A DNA stretch of 64,000 bases from Azolla caroliniana (lineage: Eukaryota; Plantae; Polypodiophyta). Each line of letters begins with the position of its first letter. The first letter of the stretch is position 1. Shown in pieces: positions 11,611-21,608 of this stretch. The notes under the pieces are model-generated. The model saw only the letters and a program-made list of their open reading frames with translations. It was not told the origin of the DNA and ran no database searches. Both the position numbers and the translations under genes were made by a program. The stretch is from contig JBHGNT010000004.1 in NCBI GenBank assembly GCA_043228905.1, positions 18,352,001-18,416,000 on the forward strand, given 5' to 3'.

Positions 11611-11860
11611 GATATCTTTTCCACACAATTTTTCTCTTTCGGGCCTTCTTTTATACAGGAACTCGATACGGCGTATCGAGTTCCTGTTTAAAGTATAGGT
11701 TTTAAACACGAACTCGATACGCCGTATCGAGTTCCTGTGTTTTCTTTGCTTTTTAAACAGAAACTCGATACGCCGTATCGAGTTCCTGTATAAAAGAAGG
11801 CCTGAAAGAGAAAAATTGTGTGGAAAAGATATCAATTAATTATTGTGTGGAAAAGATATC
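11611..11860. repeat. 223-bp fold-back (11611-11833) containing three copies of palindrome AACTCGATACG-N-CGTATCGAGTT centred at 11671, 11722, 11773, plus an extra tandem copy of the arm end (11842-11860)
   Basis: Read directly: left arm GATATCTTTTCCACACAATTTTTCTCTTTC... is the reverse complement of right arm ...GAAAGAGAAAAATTGTGTGGAAAAGATATC; the symmetry centre is the middle palindrome. Confidence 0.95.
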
Positions 11861-12142
11861 AAATTTTCTGTCAAAATCAGTCTTTTTTATGTTGACTTGC
11901 CTTACTTTTTAAAAAAAACATGCCCTAAATATAGGTGTTTTATGACCTACTATAGCTTAAAATAGTAGAAAATAATCGACAAATTACCTTTATGCTAGCA
12001 AATTCTCCTCAATATAGGTCTGGAATTAGTATAAGTCATACCTCCTCTTTAAAAGAATATATAACCCTATTTACTTAATACGATATATATTTTCTAGTTT
12101 GAATAGCCCTGCCTAGAATAGATTTTTGAATATAGGACTACC

Positions 12143-15100
12143 ATGTACTCTGAATGCATGATTGATATTTTCACTTCACCACTAATCGCCTACTGGTGAG
12201 AACCGTTCTTCATCTACTTATTTATATTTTAATATACAACCTTAATCTACGTGACCACCTAACTTATGTTTTTGCATGTACTTTCTTAAATAGGTCGTTT
12301 GAGAACCTGTCGGACCGACCTGTGAAGAAAATAAAGCTTCGCATACAGGGTTCTCCAATCGAAGCCCAGACCAAGGTAGCTCTTGAGTCCATGAAGAGAG
12401 GAAAAAAGCTTCTCTTCAATGAGGAGACAAAATCTCAACCACACATTGACGTTAGCCAAAAGAAACTTGTAGCCACTACTGGAGGTGAAGACCTTCCTGA
12501 CCGTGATCTAACAGACAAAGAATGGTGTATGCAATACGTCGACTCAAAGAAAAAAGTCATATTGTATACAACAAAGAAGAAGGGGGAGGGGCAGCTTGGA
12601 AAGGAAACCCCATTTATGTATGGCCGTATTCTACGATTTGACTACAAAGATGCAGATTCGGCCAACAAACTGGTAATGTTAGAGTGCTCCAAGGGGGTAC
12701 GTAAAGTGTTCCTTTCAGAAGATCTTTTAGTAAAGGAATCTTGTGGGCCAGAAGCGTTCAAAAAAGATCTTGAAAGCTCACAAAACCTTATTGTTACCTT
12801 GAGGCCTTATATACAAGGCCATGTAACTCTAAGAGATGAAGTGCCCTCCCCATTGAAGGCCACAAAAAGGGTATCCAAAGTCCAGTCAAGACCACCAAAG
12901 AAGAAGACAACCAAAATGTCGGACTCCGATTCAACAAGTGAAAACGAAGAGGAGGACACTAAGGGGATGCCAGGAGCTAAGCTGGCATCGGGTGTTTTGT
13001 CATCCGAGCAGAATAAGATAAGGAGAGACTTAATGCAACGTAAACTGGTCAGGAAAGGGCAAGTGTTTAATTTGCCTATAACACACATCCATCGGCCCCC
13101 TATTGATGAAAAAAACAGGTCGATGACCACTTGAGATTAGAGAGCCACACCGCATGCATGTTTAAAATCTCAAGAAAAAAATGAAAATTAATCCTCATGC
13201 CACTATGGGGCCTTTTGATTGTTATGGTAGATCTTGAAGAATGTGAAACCATTGAAATTTTTGATATTAGAAAGCATGATCAATATAATTACTTTGTCAT
13301 TGGTGGATCGCATTCAGCGGAGGCACGTCGGCAACTTGTGAGAGAACATCCAACGACTTTCTTCTTCAAGTATGCTGAGTGCAAAATTTATGTTGGGCTC
13401 ACAACCGAAGAGGCTAAGCTGTTGGCATGGGACCATAATAATGATAATGACTATAGGCAGAAAATGTCGTCCATTGAGCGTATACGGTTCTTCGACCACA
13501 AGTATTTGGATGTGAAACAAAAGTTTGGTGTGAAGTTACATCCAGGCCTACGACGTCAATGTCTGCATGAAGTCGGCATTGTTGTAGATGATAATGTTAA
13601 GTCAGATGGTCTTCGAAAATATGAGTCTTGGTTTCAATTGGCGTTTAGAGATGGAGAAGTATGGGACCTACAAGATCAAATCTTCTCAATGTGGGAGAAT
13701 AAGGAGGTAAAGGGTCAACGACAAAAGAAATGTAAGGTTGACCCTCAACTAGACTTAAAGTCACAAGCCGCCAAGAAAATTGACTTGACAATTGAAGAAG
13801 CTGCAGACGACATGAAACTATCTCTGTGGAGAGCGATGCAAGATATTAAGGACGAGCAACTTCTTGTGTCTGTTTTGTCAAGGGTTGTGGCGAAAGATTT
13901 AAGCCTTGAAGGAATGGTCACTGAGTTCAATAAGTAAGTCTTTCAAATACTGAAATTGTAATCTATATGCTGTAATTCAAAGTTCTAATCTTGATTTCTA
14001 ATTTTACAATCATAGCGTGTACATGTAGATCCAAGAAGTTATGATGAAACAACTTGGATGTATAACTTGGGAACAAGTGACCGAGGATTATCCTCTAACG
14101 TCTTCATATAAGGCGTTATCAGAGTATTTTATTGCATTCAAGGATTGGGTTAGTATTGATGGTTTTTCATTACCCTTTCATCATATGTAGATGTCCTATT
14201 GCTTCTATTAGAAACCGTGTCGAGGCAAGAAACAAGGAGAAGTTAAGGATATACAAGATTTCCCTACATCCTTCCTTGCACATCTCGAGCGAGCCAGAAA
14301 AGAAAAGGATCATCGCTTAGTCAAGGTGTATGAAATGGAGGAAGATGGCTCCTTTAAAAAATTTAGCCACAAAAAAGATATTACGAGATATCTTTACTAC
14401 AATGTGGTTTGCGGTGATGTTGTCGACTTGATCCAAAAGGTGCCAAAGAAGGAATATACGTGAATGATTGTGGATATTCCTTACGGATTTCGAATGGCTG
14501 GGTCATCATACGATGATGAACCGTTTAGGTTTAAACAATTGGAGAAGATGGTCAAGAATTTCGTTGAACTAACGACTGCATCCTTGTGGCGAATAGTTGT
14601 CTTTCATAGTATGGACCAAGGGTACTCGGTAGCTCAAGCTTTGAGATCTCGTTGCCATGGCATCGAGAACCTTGCATGGTAAGGATTATTTATAGGTGTC
14701 TTTCATTATATTGCATTTCTTAAGGTTGTTCAATCTATTCTTAACTCGATGTATTATTTTTTATAGGATCAAACCAATGTAAATAGAGGGCCAACTTTTC
14801 GGTTCGTTAATGCCATTGAATACATCACGGTTGGCTACTTCGATGGAATTAAGAAACAGAGAATCAAGGAGCATTCTAATGAAGTGGGAGGTTCAAATCT
14901 GTTGGTATACCCAACAGGGACACAGAAATTGCGACATGTCACCACAACAGAACGGGGACTTGTCAACCCATATCAAAAACCTCAGCGACTTATGATGCGC
15001 TTGATCAAGATGTTTTCTATCGAAGGAGACTGGATATTAGATCTCTTTTCTGGCACAGGTATTCCTCGAACTAGGGTAATGATCTTGAGATAACCAATAC

Positions 15101-15502
15101 CGAATCTTTTTTGTTTGACAACTAAATCTTCTTGTTACTTACTTCACAGGAACGACGTCTACATGTGCATTGAAGCTCTTTAGAAATATAGTTGCATTGG
15201 ACAAGGACGAGGAGCAGGTTATATTTATTAATATGCGGATTAAGACTTTGTGGGAGTGCCCAGATCAAGATGAGGAGGTCGGTGCAAAGAACATCGCTAA
15301 TACAGAAAGGTTTCAACCTGCTTCGCGAGAGCCTATTCCTCTGTTAGCCTGCGAACCGGGGGAGCTAATAGAGCTTGATGATGAGCTTATAGAAGATATT
15401 TCGTTGGCTCGGCTAACAGGGGAAGCCAATGCATGTATAGCCGAAGAGAGTTCTACAAAAGATGATGAAGAAAATGACGTTGATGAATTGATTGCTATGT
15501 AA
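12143..15502 (+). pseudogene. Intron-containing ParB/Srx-like domain + beta-class N6-adenine/N4-cytosine DNA methyltransferase fusion (~980 aa reconstructed), disrupted by stops and frameshifts
   Basis: Inferred exons 12143-12195, 12294-13933, 14016-14148, 14212-14678, 14767-15058, 15150-15502 with GT-AG introns. ParB-like YFVIGGSHSAEARRQL...CKIYVGLTTEEAKLLAWDHN. MTase motifs NVVCGDVVDL, IVDIPYG (DIPY 14473-14484), W-IKPN, AIEYITVG, VNPYQKPQRLMMRLIKMFSIEGDWILDLFSGTG|TTSTCALKLFRNIVALDKDEEQV. Lesions: A7 run ~13109-13115, TGA 13124, TAA 13163, frameshift ~13215, TAG 14026, TGA 14461, frameshift ~14775. Confidence 0.85.
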
Positions 15503-15895
15503 TAGACTCTATGAAGAAAATGACACTGACGATTTGTTTGGATTTCACATTATTAATACAAATTTTGGGTTTTACCTAGTGGATTCTATTCTTTATAATC
15601 TTCTATATGTTTCAATTTTATTTTTATATACTTGGTTACTAGATTTATGACATTGGTTTCACCGCGTGCATAGCTTACTACCAAATTTATGGAGAAACAT
15701 GAATTAGTTTAAATTGAGGCTGATTTTGGTCCAAGCTAACCTTAACAGAACATGGCCCTACAATTGTTGCCATGACTATCCATGTTGTTATTATGGATCT
15801 TTGTCTTCTATTGTTAAAACTATTATGTTTCTATTCCATTGCTGCTTAGATTGTGTAGTGTGTTGATAATGGTTCCACTTGCGTTATCGTTCGGA

Positions 15896-16170
15896 GTTTG
15901 ATCCTGTGTGAATCACCTAAGCAATAGAGTAGATCAATTTTAAATACAAGTATGAAAGCCTTATTAGGTTTGTTATTTCCACCACATTATCCTAAAGTTC
16001 ACTGCCTTACATTGTCCACAATTATATACATATGGTTTGATCCCATATGAACAAATTGAGGAATAGATTAGATCAACTTTAAATACAAGTATTGAATACT
16101 TTAATAAGTTAATTATTCCAATCACTTATCCTAATGTGCACTATTCTACATTTTCCACAATTATATACAT
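15896..16170 (+). repeat. Diverged tandem duplication, ~139-bp unit x2
   Basis: GTTTGATCC...TAGATCAA.TTTAAATACAAGTAT...TTATCCTAA...TCCACAATTATATACAT starting at 15896 and 16035. Confidence 0.8.
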
Positions 16171-16546
16171 GCACGTATGGGTCAAAGTATAAATTATAAC
16201 TCATTTTATTAGTATGGATACAAGTACACCTCATATTTTTGTAAAACATACCTAATTAATATAAGTCTTTAAGTTAGTGTTTCCCTTGTCGCACAGTAGT
16301 GACATTGAGCCATTGTTGAACTTTATTATGCCTACATTAACTTATCAACGCGTCTAAACTTGCATGATTTCTAATGATCTCCACTCGTAGACCTATCATG
16401 TATTTTTATATTTGCAAATTCTCATCAAGTTGAGGAACATGTGATACTAGTGCATCCAATTTTTGTAGAAGGGTGTATCTGCTTCATTTTAAGAAGATTC
16501 TACAAGTGGAATGCGCAATCCTTCCACTTGTGAACGCGAACGTGTT

Positions 16547-19500
16547 AATTGGTTAACAACAAAAATGAGTGTTTATCCAATCATCAAAACTAAAATAAAA
16601 GAAAATGGCTTAAGCTAAGAGAGTTCTAGTAGTGTACAAAACTTTGCACTAAGCCAAATCTCATTTCCACCCAAGTCTCTCAAAAAGAAGTAGGAGGTCA
16701 AAAGTTTTTGGTGTGGGTGTGACCCATGGTCCCGATGTATAGAGTGCCCTAGCCATGGCTTCTAGGCGGTGTAGTTCACGTTCCCTTATTTTCTTTATTG
16801 CTTCTACATCTCGTTGAGTTGCTTTGAAACCCAGCCTCCAAGGGCGTTTGGTTCTTCTTTGATTTTCTGCTTCACCAAGGAAAAGCCCGACTGGTGCAGG
16901 TGTGTCGACATTCATTGTCTCCCCTTGTTCCTAAAAAACTTCATTTGTTACATGTTGGTAAACATTAACAACATTATTATGAACGTTTTGTAACTTATTC
17001 TCTCTGTGTTGTTTCAAATTCTAAGATGTATCTACCTAATTTCTTTATATCTAGTGTATCTAATAGTTTAGGGAGGGTGGGAGAGGAACCAAGTATGTCT
17101 TGGTATTTTGCCCTTATCTCGGCATAGGTGGGGCATTTGCATGTAAAATGGTACTCATCCTCTATCTCTATGTGGCATAACCTACATATCCTTTCCTCCC
17201 TAGGGACTCCATTAGTACGTCCATTCTCAATCTCAAGTTGGTGAGATGATATTCTAAGATGACCAATGGCAACCCTTAGTACATGTGGTAAGAATACATC
17301 TAGATATCTTGGTCGCGTGATAAAACCTAACTTAGAGAAGTGCATAAAGTGTTCCTTATAGTACGGCATTTTAGATGGGAGTGGCTCTAGTGGGGTGATC
17401 CATTTATACCGAGTATAAATTTGCCATATTTCTTGGCGTATTACTTTATTACGCTCCTCATGAGAGATTAAAGTGTTATCAGTCGTGTGGTCGTACTTAA
17501 GGGGGGGGAGGTTATTAATGTCTAGACCGTTGGCAAGAAGCCAACTCACCATCATGCCATACCATGACCTAGTATAGCCGGACTCATACAGTGCTCAAGA
17601 AGCCTTAAAGTCTTGATGGGATATTCTATCAAGTGGTTGGTTATGTATCCTGTGGATAAAGACTACAAGTTGAAAAAGTGCTTCTTCTAACATAGGGGGT
17701 AGAGTGAACTCAGCCCTAATAATGTCATGTGGGACCGACAATTTGCTTGGGAGTTGGCGTGATAACATCATCACCAATGGTCTCTCTAATTGCGTCCACA
17801 TGAAAGATGGCAGTCCTGGAGCCCAAACCGCTGATGCATACATGAGAGAGGGAGTCACTAATGAGTCAAAGAGCCACCCTTTAGTTCGTGGCTCTTGGAA
17901 GTATGCTTGGTGGCATTGTCTCTCTAGGAGTGAGAGGGATGCATGTCCTCTTCTAAGTCTATCCTTCGTTGCTTGTGTCATCAAAAATTTACCTGTGCGG
18001 GCACTAAAAGTGACTCCAAGATAGACATATGATCCAACCACCTCAACTGGGCTATGGGAGATAGTTAGGTGACACTTAGCTCTAACTTGGGCCGACGTGT
18101 GGAAGATAAGGAATTTAATTTTCCCTAGATTCACTACCAATCCTGATTGTGTGCAAAAGTCATCTAAGGCATTAAGGTGCCTTTGTAGGTCATGTTTGGA
18201 TTCAAAGAGCAAAACTATGTCGTCTACATAGAGCAAGATACGCACCTGCGTATCCCCAAGAACTACTCCATCGCCTCCCTTACGAGCAATAAAATCTGTG
18301 ATCTCATCAATGTAGATCCCAAAAAGAGTCGGAGATAAGGGGCAACCTTGTTTTACACCAATAGTGCTAGTGAAACTATTGGATATGCCACCTGGGCATC
18401 GAACACACCCAGACACTTGTTCATATAGTGCATAGATGGCCCAAACCATGTCATCTGGTATCCTCAAGCTCTTAAGCCTATCAAACAAACGCTCTTTAGG
18501 GACCATGTTAAAGGCTTTGCGGAAGTCCACAAAACAACAATATAGTTTCTTCTTGTGAGCCTTAGTCTGGTCAATTAAGCATCTAAGTGTGAAGATATGA
18601 TCAATAGTGGAGAAGGCTCGGCGAAAGCCAGCCTGTTCAGGTGCACAAAGATTTAAGGTCTCCATATAATCACTAAACTCTGCCTCCACTACTGCACCAT
18701 ATAATTTAGCAAGGGTATGACCTATCATAATGGTCCTATAAGTATTTGGGTCCATGGGGTTCTCCCCTTTATGTATGGGGGCCACTGTGTTCATGGCCCA
18801 TTGTGGTGGAAAACCCTTTGCGAGGGCGCGATTGAAGATTAGAGTTAGGAAGGGAGCTAGGCACTCTCTCACATATATGATGTGTTCTGCTCGCAATCCT
18901 CTGTGGTCCATGAACTTCCTATGTTGTAATTTCTTTATGACCTTCGTGACCCTAGAGGTCGTGAAGAGTGTCCCCACAATAGGTCGGGGTGTAGAAGGCA
19001 TTAGAATGGGTGGTTGATTTGGGATTTGGTAAAGTCTTTCTATATAAGTGTGCCAAGTTTTGGGATCTTCAATGGGTGTTTGTGTTCTTGGTTCCCGTAA
19101 TCTCTTCCATGCAGTGGCACAATCGCTACTCATGAGCATATGGTAGAGTTCCCAATATTGGGATGCCTCCCATGCTCGTCTCTGACGACGTGTCATCTTG
19201 TGCATTTCTTTACAATCTTGTACTAAGGTAATACTACCACTGAGTTGCGATATTGTAAGTTGTCTATGTAAGCACCTACAATCCTCATCATACCATCTAT
19301 TTTGTGGCATAGATCCTACTTTACCTTGATTGGAGTGTTTCGTGTATGAGAAACTGCTACCTGCTGCAGAGTGAAGGATGTGTGTGAGTTTCGTACTAAG
19401 GCTCTCTAAAGGTAGGGAGGGATCAAGGGAGGAGAGATGGGCTTGAACATGTCGAGCATATATGTTAGAGAGCTCATGTGTGAAATGTATTGTGATGTCA

Positions 19501-19730
19501 TGGCGTGGTTGACTAGAGTTGGTGACGTTAAAGATATCGCATTTTAGCTTGAAGTATAAGAAACTATGGTCCACGCCAATAGGACATGGGGCCACTCAGA
19601 AGGAGTTAATCATGTGGGTAGCTTCAGGTCGTGCTATTAGATAATGAATTGTGCTTTCCCCCTCCTCCATGTGCGAAACATGTGAGCTCTTCCGAACCTG
19701 GCCACTTGGCTAAACCATTATATATGACCA
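16547..19730 (-). mobile_element. 5'-truncated degenerate LINE (same family as 40723-46080)
   Basis: ORFs 17595-19595 (RT, GVKQGCPLSP, LLYVDD), 16995-17555 (CCHC: RICRLCHIEIEDEYHFTCKC) and 16661-16915 are near-identical to ORF2 at 42138-45869. Confidence 0.95.
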
Positions 19731-21267
19731 CATGAGAGCCACTCCTTATGGCTTGTCATGTGGTTTGACGCGTCGGAGTCAACGTACCACACCTCGTCCG
19801 ATTTCGGGGTGGTCTCCTTCATTGAGTTCTCTTCGTGTCTCGTCACGAAGGCTACCCCCTTCAGACTTTTTCGGATCCTTCGGCATAGTGCAATCGTTGC
19901 CAATTTCCTTTGTCTGTTTGTCAGGATCCTGATCCGGTTTTCTCCGAATCGCCGCGCTTCTTCCAACACTCGCTCTCCTTGTGGCCTTTCTTGCCACAGT
20001 ACCAGCATTCCATGACGGATTTCCCTTGCCGGTTCTCGTCCCCTCCACTCCCCCTATTTCAGGAGGATCCCGAATTGTTGTCGGCAACACTTCGGTGCCT
20101 TCTTCCTTGGTCCCGTCGGCCACCTCCATTGCGCACCGACTCGCCTCGTCCGCCACGACCACGGGGCATGTCTCCCTCCGTGTACAACATCCTGCTATTG
20201 GTGTGTGTGCTCGTTGACGCATCCGCGTGGTTCTCCTCTATAAGGAGCATCGACTGTAAGTCGAAAAACGACGACGTATTCTCATGTGTGCACACAGCAG
20301 TTCGGAACGCTCCGAACTTCGACACCAGTCCCTCGAGACAGATCTGCACCATCTCGACTTTCTTGACGTTCACATCGATGGAGGCTAAGGAGTCGCATAT
20401 ATCTTTGATCTTCGAGGTGTAACCAGTCACTGACAAATTGCGTTGTCGCAAGTTGCTCAACTCTTGTCGGAGTTGGAGCTTTCTGGTTGTGGTGCTTGCG
20501 GCGAAAATCTTTTTCAAATTTACCCAAGCATCCTTCGGCATTTTCGCCTCTCGAATAGAGCTCAAAAGTTGTTCACCCACACACGACGCCAAGCAGTGGA
20601 GAACTCTGCTCGCGGACTGTTCCCAAGCCGGGGTGTCTTTGTGTGTCGAATCGGGTGTTGTGTCATTTGCTCCGTCGACATAGCTCCAGTAGCCGTGACC
20701 GAACACGTACTGGTGCATCTTGTACGACCAAGATGTGTAGTTACTCCTGTTCAGCTTCTCGGTCGGAAGTGAGCTAGCCATGCCTCTATCCATTTTGTTT
20801 TTCTTGTTCTTTACAAAGGTTAGGTTTTCTTCTTGAGCTAAGGTCGGTTGCAGAGGTTCTCAACCCTCACGCTTTGATACCATGTGAAAACAGCGTGTAG
20901 AAGCAACAAAAAGCAGAACGTAGGAAAACACAAGTTTAATGGAGAGCTTGGACATAGTAAGCGGGAGAGACAAAGAGAGAGAGAGTCAATACACACACCT
21001 CAAATCAAACAAAATAATGATCAGTCTGTACATAGGATGTGCTCAGTGAGCACTTTTATAGAAGTTCATATGAACTGATAGAAGTACTGACACGTACTTC
21101 AATGCTCATAACTGAGCTCTACACTAACTCCCAAAATATATTCCTACGCGGAATATCTTTCCAACAGCCTCATGGTTTACGCACCGCTACGGCCTATTGT
21201 GCGCACGGTTTTACCGACTGGGTTAGGCACCCGATTACACACCGAATGTTGAGCTTGTCTCTCAACA
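19731..21267 (-). mobile_element. 5' part of Ty1/copia family B: LTR 20883-21267, PBS-Met 20871-20882, gag and start of protease
   Basis: TGTTGAG...TTTTCACA LTR, TGGTATCAAAGC PBS, gag MASSLPTEKLNRSNYTSWSYKM, protease WYVDSDASNHM. Confidence 0.92.
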
Positions 21268-21608
21268 ATAACACCGTGGCAGTGTCCACGACGAAGTTTT
21301 TATACGAACAGATTTGGTGCCGTTTTGGCTGTCCGATAGAACTCATCAGCGATCAAGGAAGTCATTTTTTGAATGCCGTTATTCACAACCTCACAGCTCA
21401 TTACGCCGTAGTACATAAGAAAAGTACGCTATATTATCCCCAAGCGAATGGGTTAGCAGAATCGACGAACAAAACGCTGCAAAATGTACTGAAAAAGATC
21501 GTTAATGAGCATAGAACGAACTGGGACACAAAGCTGCATAGCGCCTTGTGGGCTTACCGCACGAGCTATAAGACTAGCATACAATCAACCCCCTTTCGAC
21601 CCCCTTGA
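21268..21608 (+). pseudogene. Ty3/gypsy integrase core fragment (different family)
   Basis: RFGCPIELISDQGSHF...YYPQANGLAESTNK...WAYRTSYKTSIQSTPF. Confidence 0.88.

Noticed and set aside
11655-11790. CRISPR array (repeat-spacer-repeat with palindromic repeats)
   Set aside because: Only three units, ~18-bp AT-rich spacers, embedded in a larger inverted repeat, no cas genes, eukaryotic context
12143-15502. Bacterial/phage contamination or a restriction-modification operon
   Set aside because: Multiple GT-AG introns, one inside motif I; no cognate nuclease gene; flanked by plant retroelements
16502-16550. Helitron 3' terminus
   Set aside because: Hairpin present but no CTRR end at the expected distance
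6889-21267. One copia element split by the ParB-MTase region and LINE
   Set aside because: The two gag segments overlap in content and differ in sequence, and the LTRs belong to different families
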